A stretch of 64,000 nucleotides of DNA from an uncultured Pelagibacteraceae bacterium (lineage in GTDB: Bacteria > Pseudomonadota > Alphaproteobacteria > Pelagibacterales > Pelagibacteraceae), in contig CACEAQ010000001.1 of the NCBI GenBank assembly GCA_902557605.1, positions 7,963 to 71,962 of the forward strand, in the 5' to 3' direction. Position 1 is the stretch's first letter, and each line of letters opens with the position of its first letter. Position numbers and translations under genes: made by a program. Under the pieces are notes generated by a model. It did not search any database. It worked only from the letters and a program-made list of their open reading frames with translations, and had not been told where the DNA came from. Positions 31,523 through 40,109 of the stretch are shown piece after piece.

Positions 31523-32036
31523 TATATTCATAAATAGAGTTTTTAGAGCTATCAAAATAGATATAGATCTTTACGAAGAAGTTGAGAAAGACAAAAAAGC
31601 AACTTTTCAAGCTGGAATAGTTGTTGTTTTGTCGAGCTTAGCTGCAGGAGTTGGGTCGATACACCTTGGGGCTTCAAATTTTCTAGTAGCTCCAGCTTTA
31701 TCTTTGTTGAGCTGGTATGTTTGGGCTTATGTTATTTACTTTGTAGGTGTGAAATTATTTAGAGACCCAAATACAAAAAGCGATCATGGAGAACTTTTAA
31801 GAACGATAGGTTTTTCAAGTGCACCTGGTTTAATAAGAGTTTTTGGTGTTACTCCTGAATTAATGACTGTGACTTTTATAGGATCTGCATTTTGGATGCT
31901 TGCATGTATGGTTGTAGCGGTAAAATCTGCTCTTGATTACGAAAGTCTTTGGAAAGCTTTTGGAGTTGTTGTTGTATCCTGGTTATTTCAAGCTTTCTTC
32001 TTATTTTTAATAATTGTTTTATTCAAGGGATTTTAA
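31515..32036 (+). CDS. YIP1-like membrane protein
   Basis: YEEVE.D...T.QA, ELLRTIGF..APG, about 5 TM. Confidence 0.65.
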   Translation: MINIFINRVFRAIKIDIDLYEEVEKDKKATFQAGIVVVLSSLAAGVGSIHLGASNFLVAPALSLLSWYVWAYVIYFVGVKLFRDPNTKSDHGELLRTIGFSSAPGLIRVFGVTPELMTVTFIGSAFWMLACMVVAVKSALDYESLWKAFGVVVVSWLFQAFFLFLIIVLFKGF

Positions 32037-32365
32037 ATAGGAAAAATAGTTTTAGCTAAATTACAGCTACTACAAATTTTATAGCTATGCATAATTAGGT
32101 TTTGTTTAACACTTTCATCTTCTTTTTTGCATTCTTCGCAAATATTATTTAGCTCAATATTTTTGTTTATTACCCAAGCTCTATGATAAAAATTATCGAT
32201 ATTTTTTTGAATTAAACCTTTAGCTACTTTTTCTGCTTCTTTTTTATTATATGGACCATGAATAATTTTAGTTTGTTCGTCTAAAGTGTTTATATTATTA
32301 GGATTTTTGTGAATTCCCTCTATGACAATAAATCCGTCGTTTTCCATAATTTTTATATATATCAT
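32033..32365 (-). CDS. Hypothetical protein: DUF4170-like N-domain plus C-terminal CxxC...CxxC (start may be 32347)
   Basis: GPY..EA....K...Q..IDN..HR pattern; CEEC and CSSC. Confidence 0.5.
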   Translation of the reverse strand: MIYIKIMENDGFIVIEGIHKNPNNINTLDEQTKIIHGPYNKKEAEKVAKGLIQKNIDNFYHRAWVINKNIELNNICEECKKEDESVKQNLIMHSYKICSSCNLAKTIFPI

Positions 32366-32372
32366 TTATTAA

Positions 32373-32942
32373 ATGAAAAAAATTTTACTTTTTGTCACCT
32401 TATTCACCCTAAATTTTAATCTACACGCTGTGGAAAAAAAGGCTTATTTTGCTGGCGGTTGTTTTTGGTGTATGGAAGAGTCATTTGATCAAGTTGAGGG
32501 AGTTCTTTCATCGATTTCCGGATATTCAGGGGGTCATTTAAAAAATCCTTCTTACCAAGATGTTATTTATAAAGATACTGGACATGTAGAGGCGATAGAA
32601 ATTACATATGACTCAAATATTGTAAGTTATGAAAGTCTTTTGAATATTTTCTGGAGAAATATAGATCCTTTCGACTCGGAGGGTCAGTTTTGCGACAAAG
32701 GTAAAAGCTATAGATCAGTAATTTTTTTTCAGAATCAACTAGAAAAAGAATTTATTGATAAATCTTTTAAGAATTTAGAAAGCAAATTTAATAGAGAAAT
32801 AGTCACTTTAGTCTGGAAATTTAAGAAATTTTATCCAGCAGAAGATTATCACCAAGATTATTATGAGAAAAATTTTATTCGTTATCTAATGTATAAAAAT
32901 GGGTGTAAAAGAGAAGATACCTTGAGAAGAATATGGAATTGA
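32373..32942 (+). CDS. msrA: Peptide methionine sulfoxide reductase A with signal peptide
   Basis: FAGGCFWCME, GYSGG, TGHVE, AEDYHQDYY. Confidence 0.95.
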   Translation: MKKILLFVTLFTLNFNLHAVEKKAYFAGGCFWCMEESFDQVEGVLSSISGYSGGHLKNPSYQDVIYKDTGHVEAIEITYDSNIVSYESLLNIFWRNIDPFDSEGQFCDKGKSYRSVIFFQNQLEKEFIDKSFKNLESKFNREIVTLVWKFKKFYPAEDYHQDYYEKNFIRYLMYKNGCKREDTLRRIWN

Positions 32943-33388
32943 AAAAATTAATTTTAGCAATTTTTTTTCTGGGTTTTGTTAATTCAGCAAATGCAGAAAT
33001 GATAAAACCAGCCGAAAATTTATCTGCCTACGATGTTATAAAAATACAATTAGATGCTCTCAAAAATAATGATGACAAAGATAACGGCATTAAACAAACA
33101 TGGATATTTGCTCATCCTGATAATAAAAAGATGACTGGGCCATACCCTAGATTTAGAATTATGCTTTATGATGTTCATTATAGAATACTTTTAAACCATT
33201 TTTCACATAAGATAGATTTAATTACGAATACTGAAAATAAATTTGTTTATGGAGTCAAAATATTAAGTGATGAGAAGCAACAATTTTTTTATGAATGGCA
33301 TGTAAGTAAAGGTAATGAGGAAAACTGTGTTAATTGCTGGTTCACGACTGCAGTTTCAATGCCACTTGATCAAGGAAATTCAATTTGA
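32933..33388 (+). CDS. Exported hypothetical protein (DUF4864-like)
   Basis: Signal peptide, QLDAL..ND, FAHP.N...TGP..RF..M, CW.T. Confidence 0.55.
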   Translation: MELKKLILAIFFLGFVNSANAEMIKPAENLSAYDVIKIQLDALKNNDDKDNGIKQTWIFAHPDNKKMTGPYPRFRIMLYDVHYRILLNHFSHKIDLITNTENKFVYGVKILSDEKQQFFYEWHVSKGNEENCVNCWFTTAVSMPLDQGNSI

Positions 33389-33585
33389 AAAGACCACCCT
33401 TCGCAATACGATACTTAATTATTGGTGCAATATTGGTTGTGCCGCCAATACTAAGCACTCACTATGGATCTATATATTTAGGTAAGCATAATGGAGTACT
33501 TTTAGGTTTTTGCGTCGGAATTGTTTGCGTGTCTTTTGCATGCTGGAAGCTTTTTATCGATGGGTGGAGGGATGACGAAGACTGA
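33385..33585 (+). CDS. Small 2-TM membrane protein (TTG start)
   Basis: Overlaps both neighbours in operon register; two hydrophobic segments. Confidence 0.6.
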   Translation: MKRPPFAIRYLIIGAILVVPPILSTHYGSIYLGKHNGVLLGFCVGIVCVSFACWKLFIDGWRDDED

Positions 33586-34721
33586 TGAAATTCGAAATCT
33601 CAAGGGATGGAGCTTTAAAACAGCTTGATAATTTCATAAATAATAATTTGGCAAACTATAGCTTCAAAAGAAATTTTGATTTAGGGCCAGATAACAAATT
33701 AAATGTATCTTGTTTATCACCTTACATTTCACATAGATTAATCACTGAATATGAAGTTGCAAAGATAGTTTTATCAAAGTTTCCATATCAAAAAGTTGAA
33801 AAATATGTTCAAGAAATATTTTGGAGAGTTTACTGGAAAGGTTGGTTAGAACTTAGACCTCAAGTTTGGACTGACTTTATAGAGGATTTAAAAGGATTAA
33901 ATGAAGATGACAAATATAAAAAGGCAATCAATGGCGAAACTCAAATTGAATGTTTTAACGATTGGGTAAAAGAGCTTAAAGAAAATAATTATTTACATAA
34001 TCACACAAGAATGTGGTTTGCTAGCATTTGGATATTTACTTTAAATCTACCTTGGCAAAAAGGAGCAGAATTCTTTTTGAAACATTTATTCGATGGTGAT
34101 GCTGCTTCAAACACATTAAGTTGGAGATGGGTTGCTGGACTTCAAACTAAAGGAAAGCACTACGTTGCTCAATCATGGAATATAAGCAAGTTTACTAATA
34201 ATAAATATAAGAATGTTAAATTAAATGAGAACGCTTTACCTGTAATAGATAAAAGAGAATATAAATTAAACCCACTTGATTTTATTACAGAAGATAATTC
34301 AAATGAAAATTTATTAGCTTTTGAGAACGAATTAAGTTTAGAAAATAAAAATCTTAGAAAATACAAAAATATTTTCTTAGTTTTATTAAGTAATAAGGCT
34401 CGAAAGATAAATCTCGAACAAAAGGTATTAGAATATAAGTCAAAAATAATTGATAACCAAAAAAAAAGATTTAAAGATTTACAAATCATAGATGAATTAA
34501 AATTTCAAACTTTAACAGATGAAATTAAATCTTTTGATGTTGTTCACCCAAGTATTGGAGAAAATTATTCTTATTTAAATATTATGAGAAAAAAGCAAAA
34601 TTTAGTATTAAACTTTATTTTGAGCGAGGAAGATAAATTTTCTTGGCAGTTTTCTAATAAAGGATATTTTAATTTTAAAAATAATATTCCTAAAATTTTA
34701 ACTAATTTTAATTTACAATAA
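33585..34721 (+). CDS. Short photolyase with N-terminal FAD-binding domain (NewPHL-like inverted topology)
   Basis: VSCLSPY, WRVYWKGWLE, YLHNHTRMWFAS, DGDAASN..SWRWVAG all within the first ~200 aa. Confidence 0.8.
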   Translation: MKFEISRDGALKQLDNFINNNLANYSFKRNFDLGPDNKLNVSCLSPYISHRLITEYEVAKIVLSKFPYQKVEKYVQEIFWRVYWKGWLELRPQVWTDFIEDLKGLNEDDKYKKAINGETQIECFNDWVKELKENNYLHNHTRMWFASIWIFTLNLPWQKGAEFFLKHLFDGDAASNTLSWRWVAGLQTKGKHYVAQSWNISKFTNNKYKNVKLNENALPVIDKREYKLNPLDFITEDNSNENLLAFENELSLENKNLRKYKNIFLVLLSNKARKINLEQKVLEYKSKIIDNQKKRFKDLQIIDELKFQTLTDEIKSFDVVHPSIGENYSYLNIMRKKQNLVLNFILSEEDKFSWQFSNKGYFNFKNNIPKILTNFNLQ

Positions 34722-34722
34722 C

Positions 34723-34848
34723 TTATTTAGAATAACACTTTTTCGAACAATATTTTACCTTATCCCAATTAAGTCTCCATTTTTTTCTCCAAGAAAAAGG
34801 TTTATTACAAACCGGGCAAGTTTTTTTTGGCAAATTAGCTTTTTTCAT
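34723..34848 (-). CDS. DUF2256 small Cys-rich protein, 41 aa (absent from ORF track)
   Basis: Hand translation MKKANLPKKTCPVCNKPFSWRKKWRLNWDKVKYCSKKCYSK. Confidence 0.9.
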   Translation of the reverse strand: MKKANLPKKTCPVCNKPFSWRKKWRLNWDKVKYCSKKCYSK

Positions 34849-35194
34849 CATTAAGTTGATGTTTATTTTTTATAAAAAGAAAATAAGCTGCAATCTCATA
34901 GAAAATATTTAATATGAAAAATAGAGGCTTAATTTTAAATATTTTATATAAAAAATTATATTTAGGAACATTTTTCCAAATAATTAAAAAAGATTCTGCT
35001 CCATCAATTACTTTACCGTCTTGTATAACATGCATTCTTCTTAAAAGATCTTTATATGATTTTGAGGTAATTTTCTGAGCTTCTTCATTATTAGTAACAT
35101 CTATCCATTCTACACTGTCATCACTATGTTTTTTGTAATGATTGATTTCAGCTCTACAAATATTACATGAATTGTTAAAAAAAACTTTAACCAT
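34835..35194 (-). CDS. DUF393/DCC1-like thiol-disulfide oxidoreductase
   Basis: N-terminal FFNNSCNIC, RMHV, GAESF..IW. Confidence 0.85.
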   Translation of the reverse strand: MVKVFFNNSCNICRAEINHYKKHSDDSVEWIDVTNNEEAQKITSKSYKDLLRRMHVIQDGKVIDGAESFLIIWKNVPKYNFLYKIFKIKPLFFILNIFYEIAAYFLFIKNKHQLNDEKS

Positions 35195-36668
35195 TAGTAT
35201 TTTCTTTTATAAAATTATTCGCTGCTTTAAAAATCCTTGTTTTCCTCTCTTTATTCATTTTTTCAGAAATTCTAACCATCATTGCAAGACGAGGATTTTT
35301 TAAGAAGAATTTCTTATGTCTATCTATAAATTTCCAATATAATCCATCCATAACATCACACCAAGGACCTTTTTTAAAATGCATCATTTTCAGAAAATAA
35401 CTTGAACCACAAATATAAGGTTTAGTTGCAAATATTCCACCGTCACTAAATAACCCCATTCCATAAACATTTGGCGCCATCACCCAGTCAGATGAGTCTA
35501 CAAACATTTCCATAAACCATTTGTAAACTTGTTTAGGGTTTATTTCACAAAGATTCATTATATTTGCCAATATCATTAGTCTTTCTATGTGATGTGACCA
35601 GCCGTAGTTTTTAGCATTATTGATTGCATGGTCTAACGGATCTAAACCTGTATTTCCCTCATACCAAGATTTTTTCATTTTTCTTTTATGATTAAAAAAA
35701 TTAGTATTATCTAATCGTTGATCATAGTTTTGATAAATTCCTCTCATAAACTCTCTCCAACCTATAATCTGCCTGATATAACCCTCTAAGGAATTCATAG
35801 GCACTTTATTTTCAATCTTTCTTAACTTCTCTATTATCTCTTCTGGAGCTATTAAACCTAAGTTTATAAGTGGACTTAGCGCGCTATGAAAAACAGTATT
35901 TGATTTATCTGTTACCGCGTCCTCATAATCCCCAAAAAGCTTTATTCTCTCTTTCAAAAACTCATCAAGCCACTTATTTGCGTCTTTTCGTGTTGTTGGA
36001 AACCAAAATTTATCAGTATTTCCTGGATGATCTTTAAAATTAGAATTTATAAATTTTTTAAGAGTAATAGTTTCCTTTGTCTCTTTTACCTTAGAAATAA
36101 CAGGAACTTTAATAGTACTCGGAAGTTTTTTTCTATTTTCTTCATCGAAACTCCATTTATTTCCTTTTGGAGTTCCATTTTTATTCATCAATAAATTCAT
36201 TTTTGTTCTTACAATTTTATAAAAATTCGCCATGAAAGGCCGTTTATTTTTAGAAAGGTAATCTTTAAATTCTTGCCTCTCCATTAAAAACATTGGAGAT
36301 CTAACTTGGTTAATCTTAAGTGAATTTTTTTTTACTAAATTTAATATTCTTTTTTCAAAAAATTTATCTTCAATTTCAAAAAAAGTAATTTCTCTTATCT
36401 TTTTTTCTTTAATAGTCTTTTCTAATTTTTTTTCGTAGGATAATTTAAAATCTTTATTTAAGTCTTTGTATATTAAGTTAAAATTTTTTGATTTAAGCTC
36501 ATCCTTAAATGATCTCATAGAAGACAAAAATAATAATATTTTCAATTTGTGATGTTTTTCAAAGGTACATAGACCATAGTCTTCTGCCATAAAAAAAGTA
36601 TGGTCCTTATAATCTGAGAGATATTTTGGGTTAAAAAGTTGATTTCCTAAAATTATAAAAAGCTTCAT
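35187..36668 (-). CDS. Bacterial (6-4) photolyase / CryB-PhrB family
   Basis: ILGNQLF, HHKLKI...SSMR, WSFDEENR, RQIIGWREF, HHIERLM, DGG.FATKPY. Confidence 0.9.
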   Translation of the reverse strand: MKLFIILGNQLFNPKYLSDYKDHTFFMAEDYGLCTFEKHHKLKILLFLSSMRSFKDELKSKNFNLIYKDLNKDFKLSYEKKLEKTIKEKKIREITFFEIEDKFFEKRILNLVKKNSLKINQVRSPMFLMERQEFKDYLSKNKRPFMANFYKIVRTKMNLLMNKNGTPKGNKWSFDEENRKKLPSTIKVPVISKVKETKETITLKKFINSNFKDHPGNTDKFWFPTTRKDANKWLDEFLKERIKLFGDYEDAVTDKSNTVFHSALSPLINLGLIAPEEIIEKLRKIENKVPMNSLEGYIRQIIGWREFMRGIYQNYDQRLDNTNFFNHKRKMKKSWYEGNTGLDPLDHAINNAKNYGWSHHIERLMILANIMNLCEINPKQVYKWFMEMFVDSSDWVMAPNVYGMGLFSDGGIFATKPYICGSSYFLKMMHFKKGPWCDVMDGLYWKFIDRHKKFFLKNPRLAMMVRISEKMNKERKTRIFKAANNFIKENTNG

Positions 36669-36752
36669 AAGTAATAAAATACATATTTTATTTAGATATT
36701 ACACGCGTCATTATTTGCATGTAAATAACCTTTAATAATGTTATTTTTAAAT

Positions 36753-37463
36753 ATGAAAAAAGTAATTTTAGGTGCAACTGGATCAATAGGCTCATCTTTA
36801 GCAAAAAAACTTGTCGAAAGTGGAGATCAAGTTCATTTAGTTGGAAGAGATCAATCTAGTTTAACTAAGATAGCTAAAGAATTAAATTCTTCTTTTACAG
36901 TTTGCGATGTATTAGAAGAAAATTTTTCCGAAAAAATATTAAATGATTTAAAAGACGACCCTATAAATGGATTAGCTTTTTGTATTGGGTCAATTGATTT
37001 AAAGCCTTTAAAGTTAACAAAAAAAAGTGATTTTATGCAAGCATTTAACTTAAACCTTATCTCAGCTACTGAAGTCATAAAATCATTGACAGATAATTTA
37101 AAAACAAATAAAGGATCTATTGTTTTATTTTCAACAGTTGCAGTAAAGCAAGGCTTTCCAAATCATTCGATAGTATCATCTGCGAAAGGAGCGCTTGAGG
37201 GACTTACCTTAGCATTGGCAGCTGAGTTAGCTCCAAATGTTAGGGTAAATTGTATTGCCCCTAGTTTAACAAACTCAAAAATTTCAAACTTTCTTCTCAA
37301 AAATGAAAAAGTAGCTGAAGGTATAGCTAAAATGCATCCAATGAAAAGGATTGGGGAAGGTTCGGACTCCGCCTCAGTTGCAAAATTTTTATTAACAGAA
37401 GAAAGTTCTTGGATAACAGGTCAAATAATTGGTGTAGATGGAGGTAGATCATCTGTCGCATAA
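36753..37463 (+). CDS. Atypical short-chain dehydrogenase (track start 36738)
   Basis: LGATGSIG, RVNCIAPSLT, VDGG; VSSAK in place of YxxxK. Confidence 0.8.
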   Translation: MKKVILGATGSIGSSLAKKLVESGDQVHLVGRDQSSLTKIAKELNSSFTVCDVLEENFSEKILNDLKDDPINGLAFCIGSIDLKPLKLTKKSDFMQAFNLNLISATEVIKSLTDNLKTNKGSIVLFSTVAVKQGFPNHSIVSSAKGALEGLTLALAAELAPNVRVNCIAPSLTNSKISNFLLKNEKVAEGIAKMHPMKRIGEGSDSASVAKFLLTEESSWITGQIIGVDGGRSSVA

Positions 37464-37494
37464 CAATTATGTTATAAGTTGTTACATATTATTT

Positions 37495-37980
37495 ATGAAA
37501 TTTTTAACTATAACATTAATATCAGTTTTTTTGAGTACTAGTGTAATGGCTGCTGGAAGCGATAGCAGTAGTGAATCTTCAAAGGACTCTTTATATGAAG
37601 ATGCGGTAAAATTAGTAAAAAAAGCTGGAAAGATGGAAAAAAAAGAAAAACCTGAAAAAGCTAAAAAACTTTACTCACAAGCATTTAAAAAATTAGAGGA
37701 AGCTTATAAATCAGATAAGAAAAATCCAGATGTGCTAAATTACATGGGATTTACTTCAAGAAAAGTTGGAAATTTTAATCAGGCTGAAAAATTTTATTTG
37801 AAAGGTTTAAGTATTAAACCAAACCACAATGGTATAAATGAATATTTGGGTGAACTTTACGTGCAAACTAATCGTATAGATAAAGCTAATGAGAGACTTG
37901 AGGTTCTTAAAAACTGTAATTGTAAGGAATACGGTGAGCTCGAGTTAATTATAAAAACTAAGGGCTCAAAAGTTTACTAA
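37495..37980 (+). CDS. Exported TPR protein (track start 37438)
   Basis: Signal peptide from MKFLT; NPDVLNYMGF, EYLGELY TPR pattern. Confidence 0.8.
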   Translation: MKFLTITLISVFLSTSVMAAGSDSSSESSKDSLYEDAVKLVKKAGKMEKKEKPEKAKKLYSQAFKKLEEAYKSDKKNPDVLNYMGFTSRKVGNFNQAEKFYLKGLSIKPNHNGINEYLGELYVQTNRIDKANERLEVLKNCNCKEYGELELIIKTKGSKVY

Positions 37981-38354
37981 GATAGATCAACAGCAAATTT
38001 TTTTAATTTTTCTATCGGTATTAATTCCAAAGTTTTAATATTTGTTTTTTTTAAAAATACTGAGCAAGCAGCATCTTCCTCTATTGCCCTTGCATACCAA
38101 GTAGCGCAAACACACCAACAATCACCATGTTTTAAACCTGGAAAACCAAACTCTGGATGCGGTGTAATTAAATCATTTCCAACCTTTTTTGACCAAAGTA
38201 AAAATTTATCTGAGACTTTTGCACAAACTGTATGAACCCCTCTATCATTTTTGTCTGTGTTACAACATCCGTCTCTAAACCAACCAGTTATAGGATCATT
38301 AGAACATGGCTCTAAAGGCTCACCGAAAACATTTTTTTGAATTTCATCACTCAT
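37977..38354 (-). CDS. DUF2237 protein
   Basis: NVFGEPL.PC..P.TG.FRDG.C, GNDL.TP, WCVCA. Confidence 0.9.
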   Translation of the reverse strand: MSDEIQKNVFGEPLEPCSNDPITGWFRDGCCNTDKNDRGVHTVCAKVSDKFLLWSKKVGNDLITPHPEFGFPGLKHGDCWCVCATWYARAIEEDAACSVFLKKTNIKTLELIPIEKLKKFAVDLS

Positions 38355-38956
38355 CTTGAAAATACATTAGCAATGTTACTATCTATTTCCAAATTAAATG
38401 AAAAAGATCTTCTTTCTGCATTTGATTTAAAAGGGTAGGCTGTATGCATTAGATAATGTGGAAAAAGAATTACATCTCCAACTTTTGGCTGATGATTATA
38501 AATACTATCACTTAAAAACATCTTATTACCATTAATAAAATCAATAGTTCCATCAATTTTTGATTTTTTATTTTTTGAAATAAATTTTGGAATTTTTAAA
38601 TAGCCTACACCTGATATATGCCCGTCGTGGTAATGTATGGGATTATATTCATTATTAAATTGTCTAACTATCCAGAAATTTTTAATTGATATTTTTTTTA
38701 CTTTTTTACCCAAAGTTCGTAAAATATATTTTTTTACTTCGTTAGATATCACTTTCTCTAAATTTTTTTTTATAAAAGGTTTAGGTAATTGAAATTCTTG
38801 TTTTACCTGTCCAACTAATTTTTTCGAGTAGTCAAGTTTTTTCAATAATCTTTTTTTATTAAGGATATTTTCAACTTCGTGATTAATTTTTTTTATTAAT
38901 TTATTTGAAAATTTTAATTTAGCTATCTTGGGTCCGAAAGGACTTATTACTTTCAT
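38351..38956 (-). CDS. Putative 2OG-Fe(II) oxygenase
   Basis: YNPIHYH, FP.YL.H...P, terminal RRSFSFN. Confidence 0.75.
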   Translation of the reverse strand: MKVISPFGPKIAKLKFSNKLIKKINHEVENILNKKRLLKKLDYSKKLVGQVKQEFQLPKPFIKKNLEKVISNEVKKYILRTLGKKVKKISIKNFWIVRQFNNEYNPIHYHDGHISGVGYLKIPKFISKNKKSKIDGTIDFINGNKMFLSDSIYNHQPKVGDVILFPHYLMHTAYPFKSNAERRSFSFNLEIDSNIANVFSR

Positions 38957-38958
38957 AA

Positions 38959-39426
38959 TTATAATTTTGTTGGATTTGGTTGTCCCTTATAAACTTTCTT
39001 AGGATCAAATTTTTTTTCTTTTTCTTTAAACTCTAATTCAACTGCCTCAGAATTTTTAATTTTTCCTAAAGGTATTGATCTATAGAAACATGACTTATAA
39101 CCAACATGGCAGCTTGCTCCATTTCCTATATCTACTGACATCCATAATGAATCCTGATCATCATCTATTCTTAAATCAATAACTTTTTGAACAAAGCCGC
39201 TCGTTTTTCCTTTATGCCATATTGCTTTCCTCGATCTGCTCCAATAATGAGCTTCCTTGGTTTCAATTGTTTTTTTAAGCGCGTCATCATTCATGTAACC
39301 GTGCATTAATAGATCACCCGATCCACTGTCAGTAGTGGTCACAGGAATTAGTCCATCTCTATCGAATTTAGGAGACAGAAATTTTCCCTCTTCTACATCA
39401 AATACACTTTCTCTCTTTTTAAACAT
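38959..39426 (-). CDS. hisI: Phosphoribosyl-AMP cyclohydrolase (track start 39468)
   Basis: YWSRSR..IWHKG.TSG, DDDQD, SCHVG..SCFYR. Confidence 0.92.
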   Translation of the reverse strand: MFKKRESVFDVEEGKFLSPKFDRDGLIPVTTTDSGSGDLLMHGYMNDDALKKTIETKEAHYWSRSRKAIWHKGKTSGFVQKVIDLRIDDDQDSLWMSVDIGNGASCHVGYKSCFYRSIPLGKIKNSEAVELEFKEKEKKFDPKKVYKGQPNPTKL

Positions 39427-39500
39427 GAGCGTAAAATAATGAAAAAAAGACAAAATAGCAATTTGCATTAATCAAATATGTCCTATAAAACCTTTTAACA

Positions 39501-40109
39501 ATGAAATTAGTTAAAGACGCTAGTAAAAGCTCATCAAAAAAGCCTGAAATTTCAGACAGTCAGGCCGAAGATGCGTTTAAAACAATTCTTAAGTGGATTG
39601 GTGAAGATCCTAATAGGGAGGGTTTAATTGAAACACCCAAGAGAGTAGTCAAAGCTTTTAAAGAATATTTTAAAGGCTACCATCAAGACGCCGAAGCTGA
39701 CTTATCTAAAACTTTCGGGGATGTTGAGGGTTATGACGATATGGTGGTAGAAAAGAATATTACTTTGGAGAGTCACTGCGAACATCACATGGCACCAATT
39801 ATTGGGGTTGCTCACGTTGCTTACATTCCAAACAAAAAAGTTGTGGGGTTAAGTAAATTAGCTAGAACAGTAGAAGTCTTTTCAAAAAGACTACAAACCC
39901 AAGAGAGACTTACAATGCAAGTAGCAAAAACTTTAATGAAAACACTTGACGCAAAAGGCGTTGCGGTAACTGTTGATGCAGCGCACCAATGTATGACAAT
40001 GAGGGGGATCAAAAAGGAAAAAGCTACTACAGTAACTAACTATTTTTTAGGTTCTTTCAGAGAAGATTTAAGTATACAAAATAGGTACTTAAGATACATT
40101 GCTAAATAG
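39501..40109 (+). CDS. folE: GTP cyclohydrolase I
   Basis: REGL.ETP.RV, SHCEHH, VGLSKL, QERLT, H.CM..RG. Confidence 0.96.
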   Translation: MKLVKDASKSSSKKPEISDSQAEDAFKTILKWIGEDPNREGLIETPKRVVKAFKEYFKGYHQDAEADLSKTFGDVEGYDDMVVEKNITLESHCEHHMAPIIGVAHVAYIPNKKVVGLSKLARTVEVFSKRLQTQERLTMQVAKTLMKTLDAKGVAVTVDAAHQCMTMRGIKKEKATTVTNYFLGSFREDLSIQNRYLRYIAK

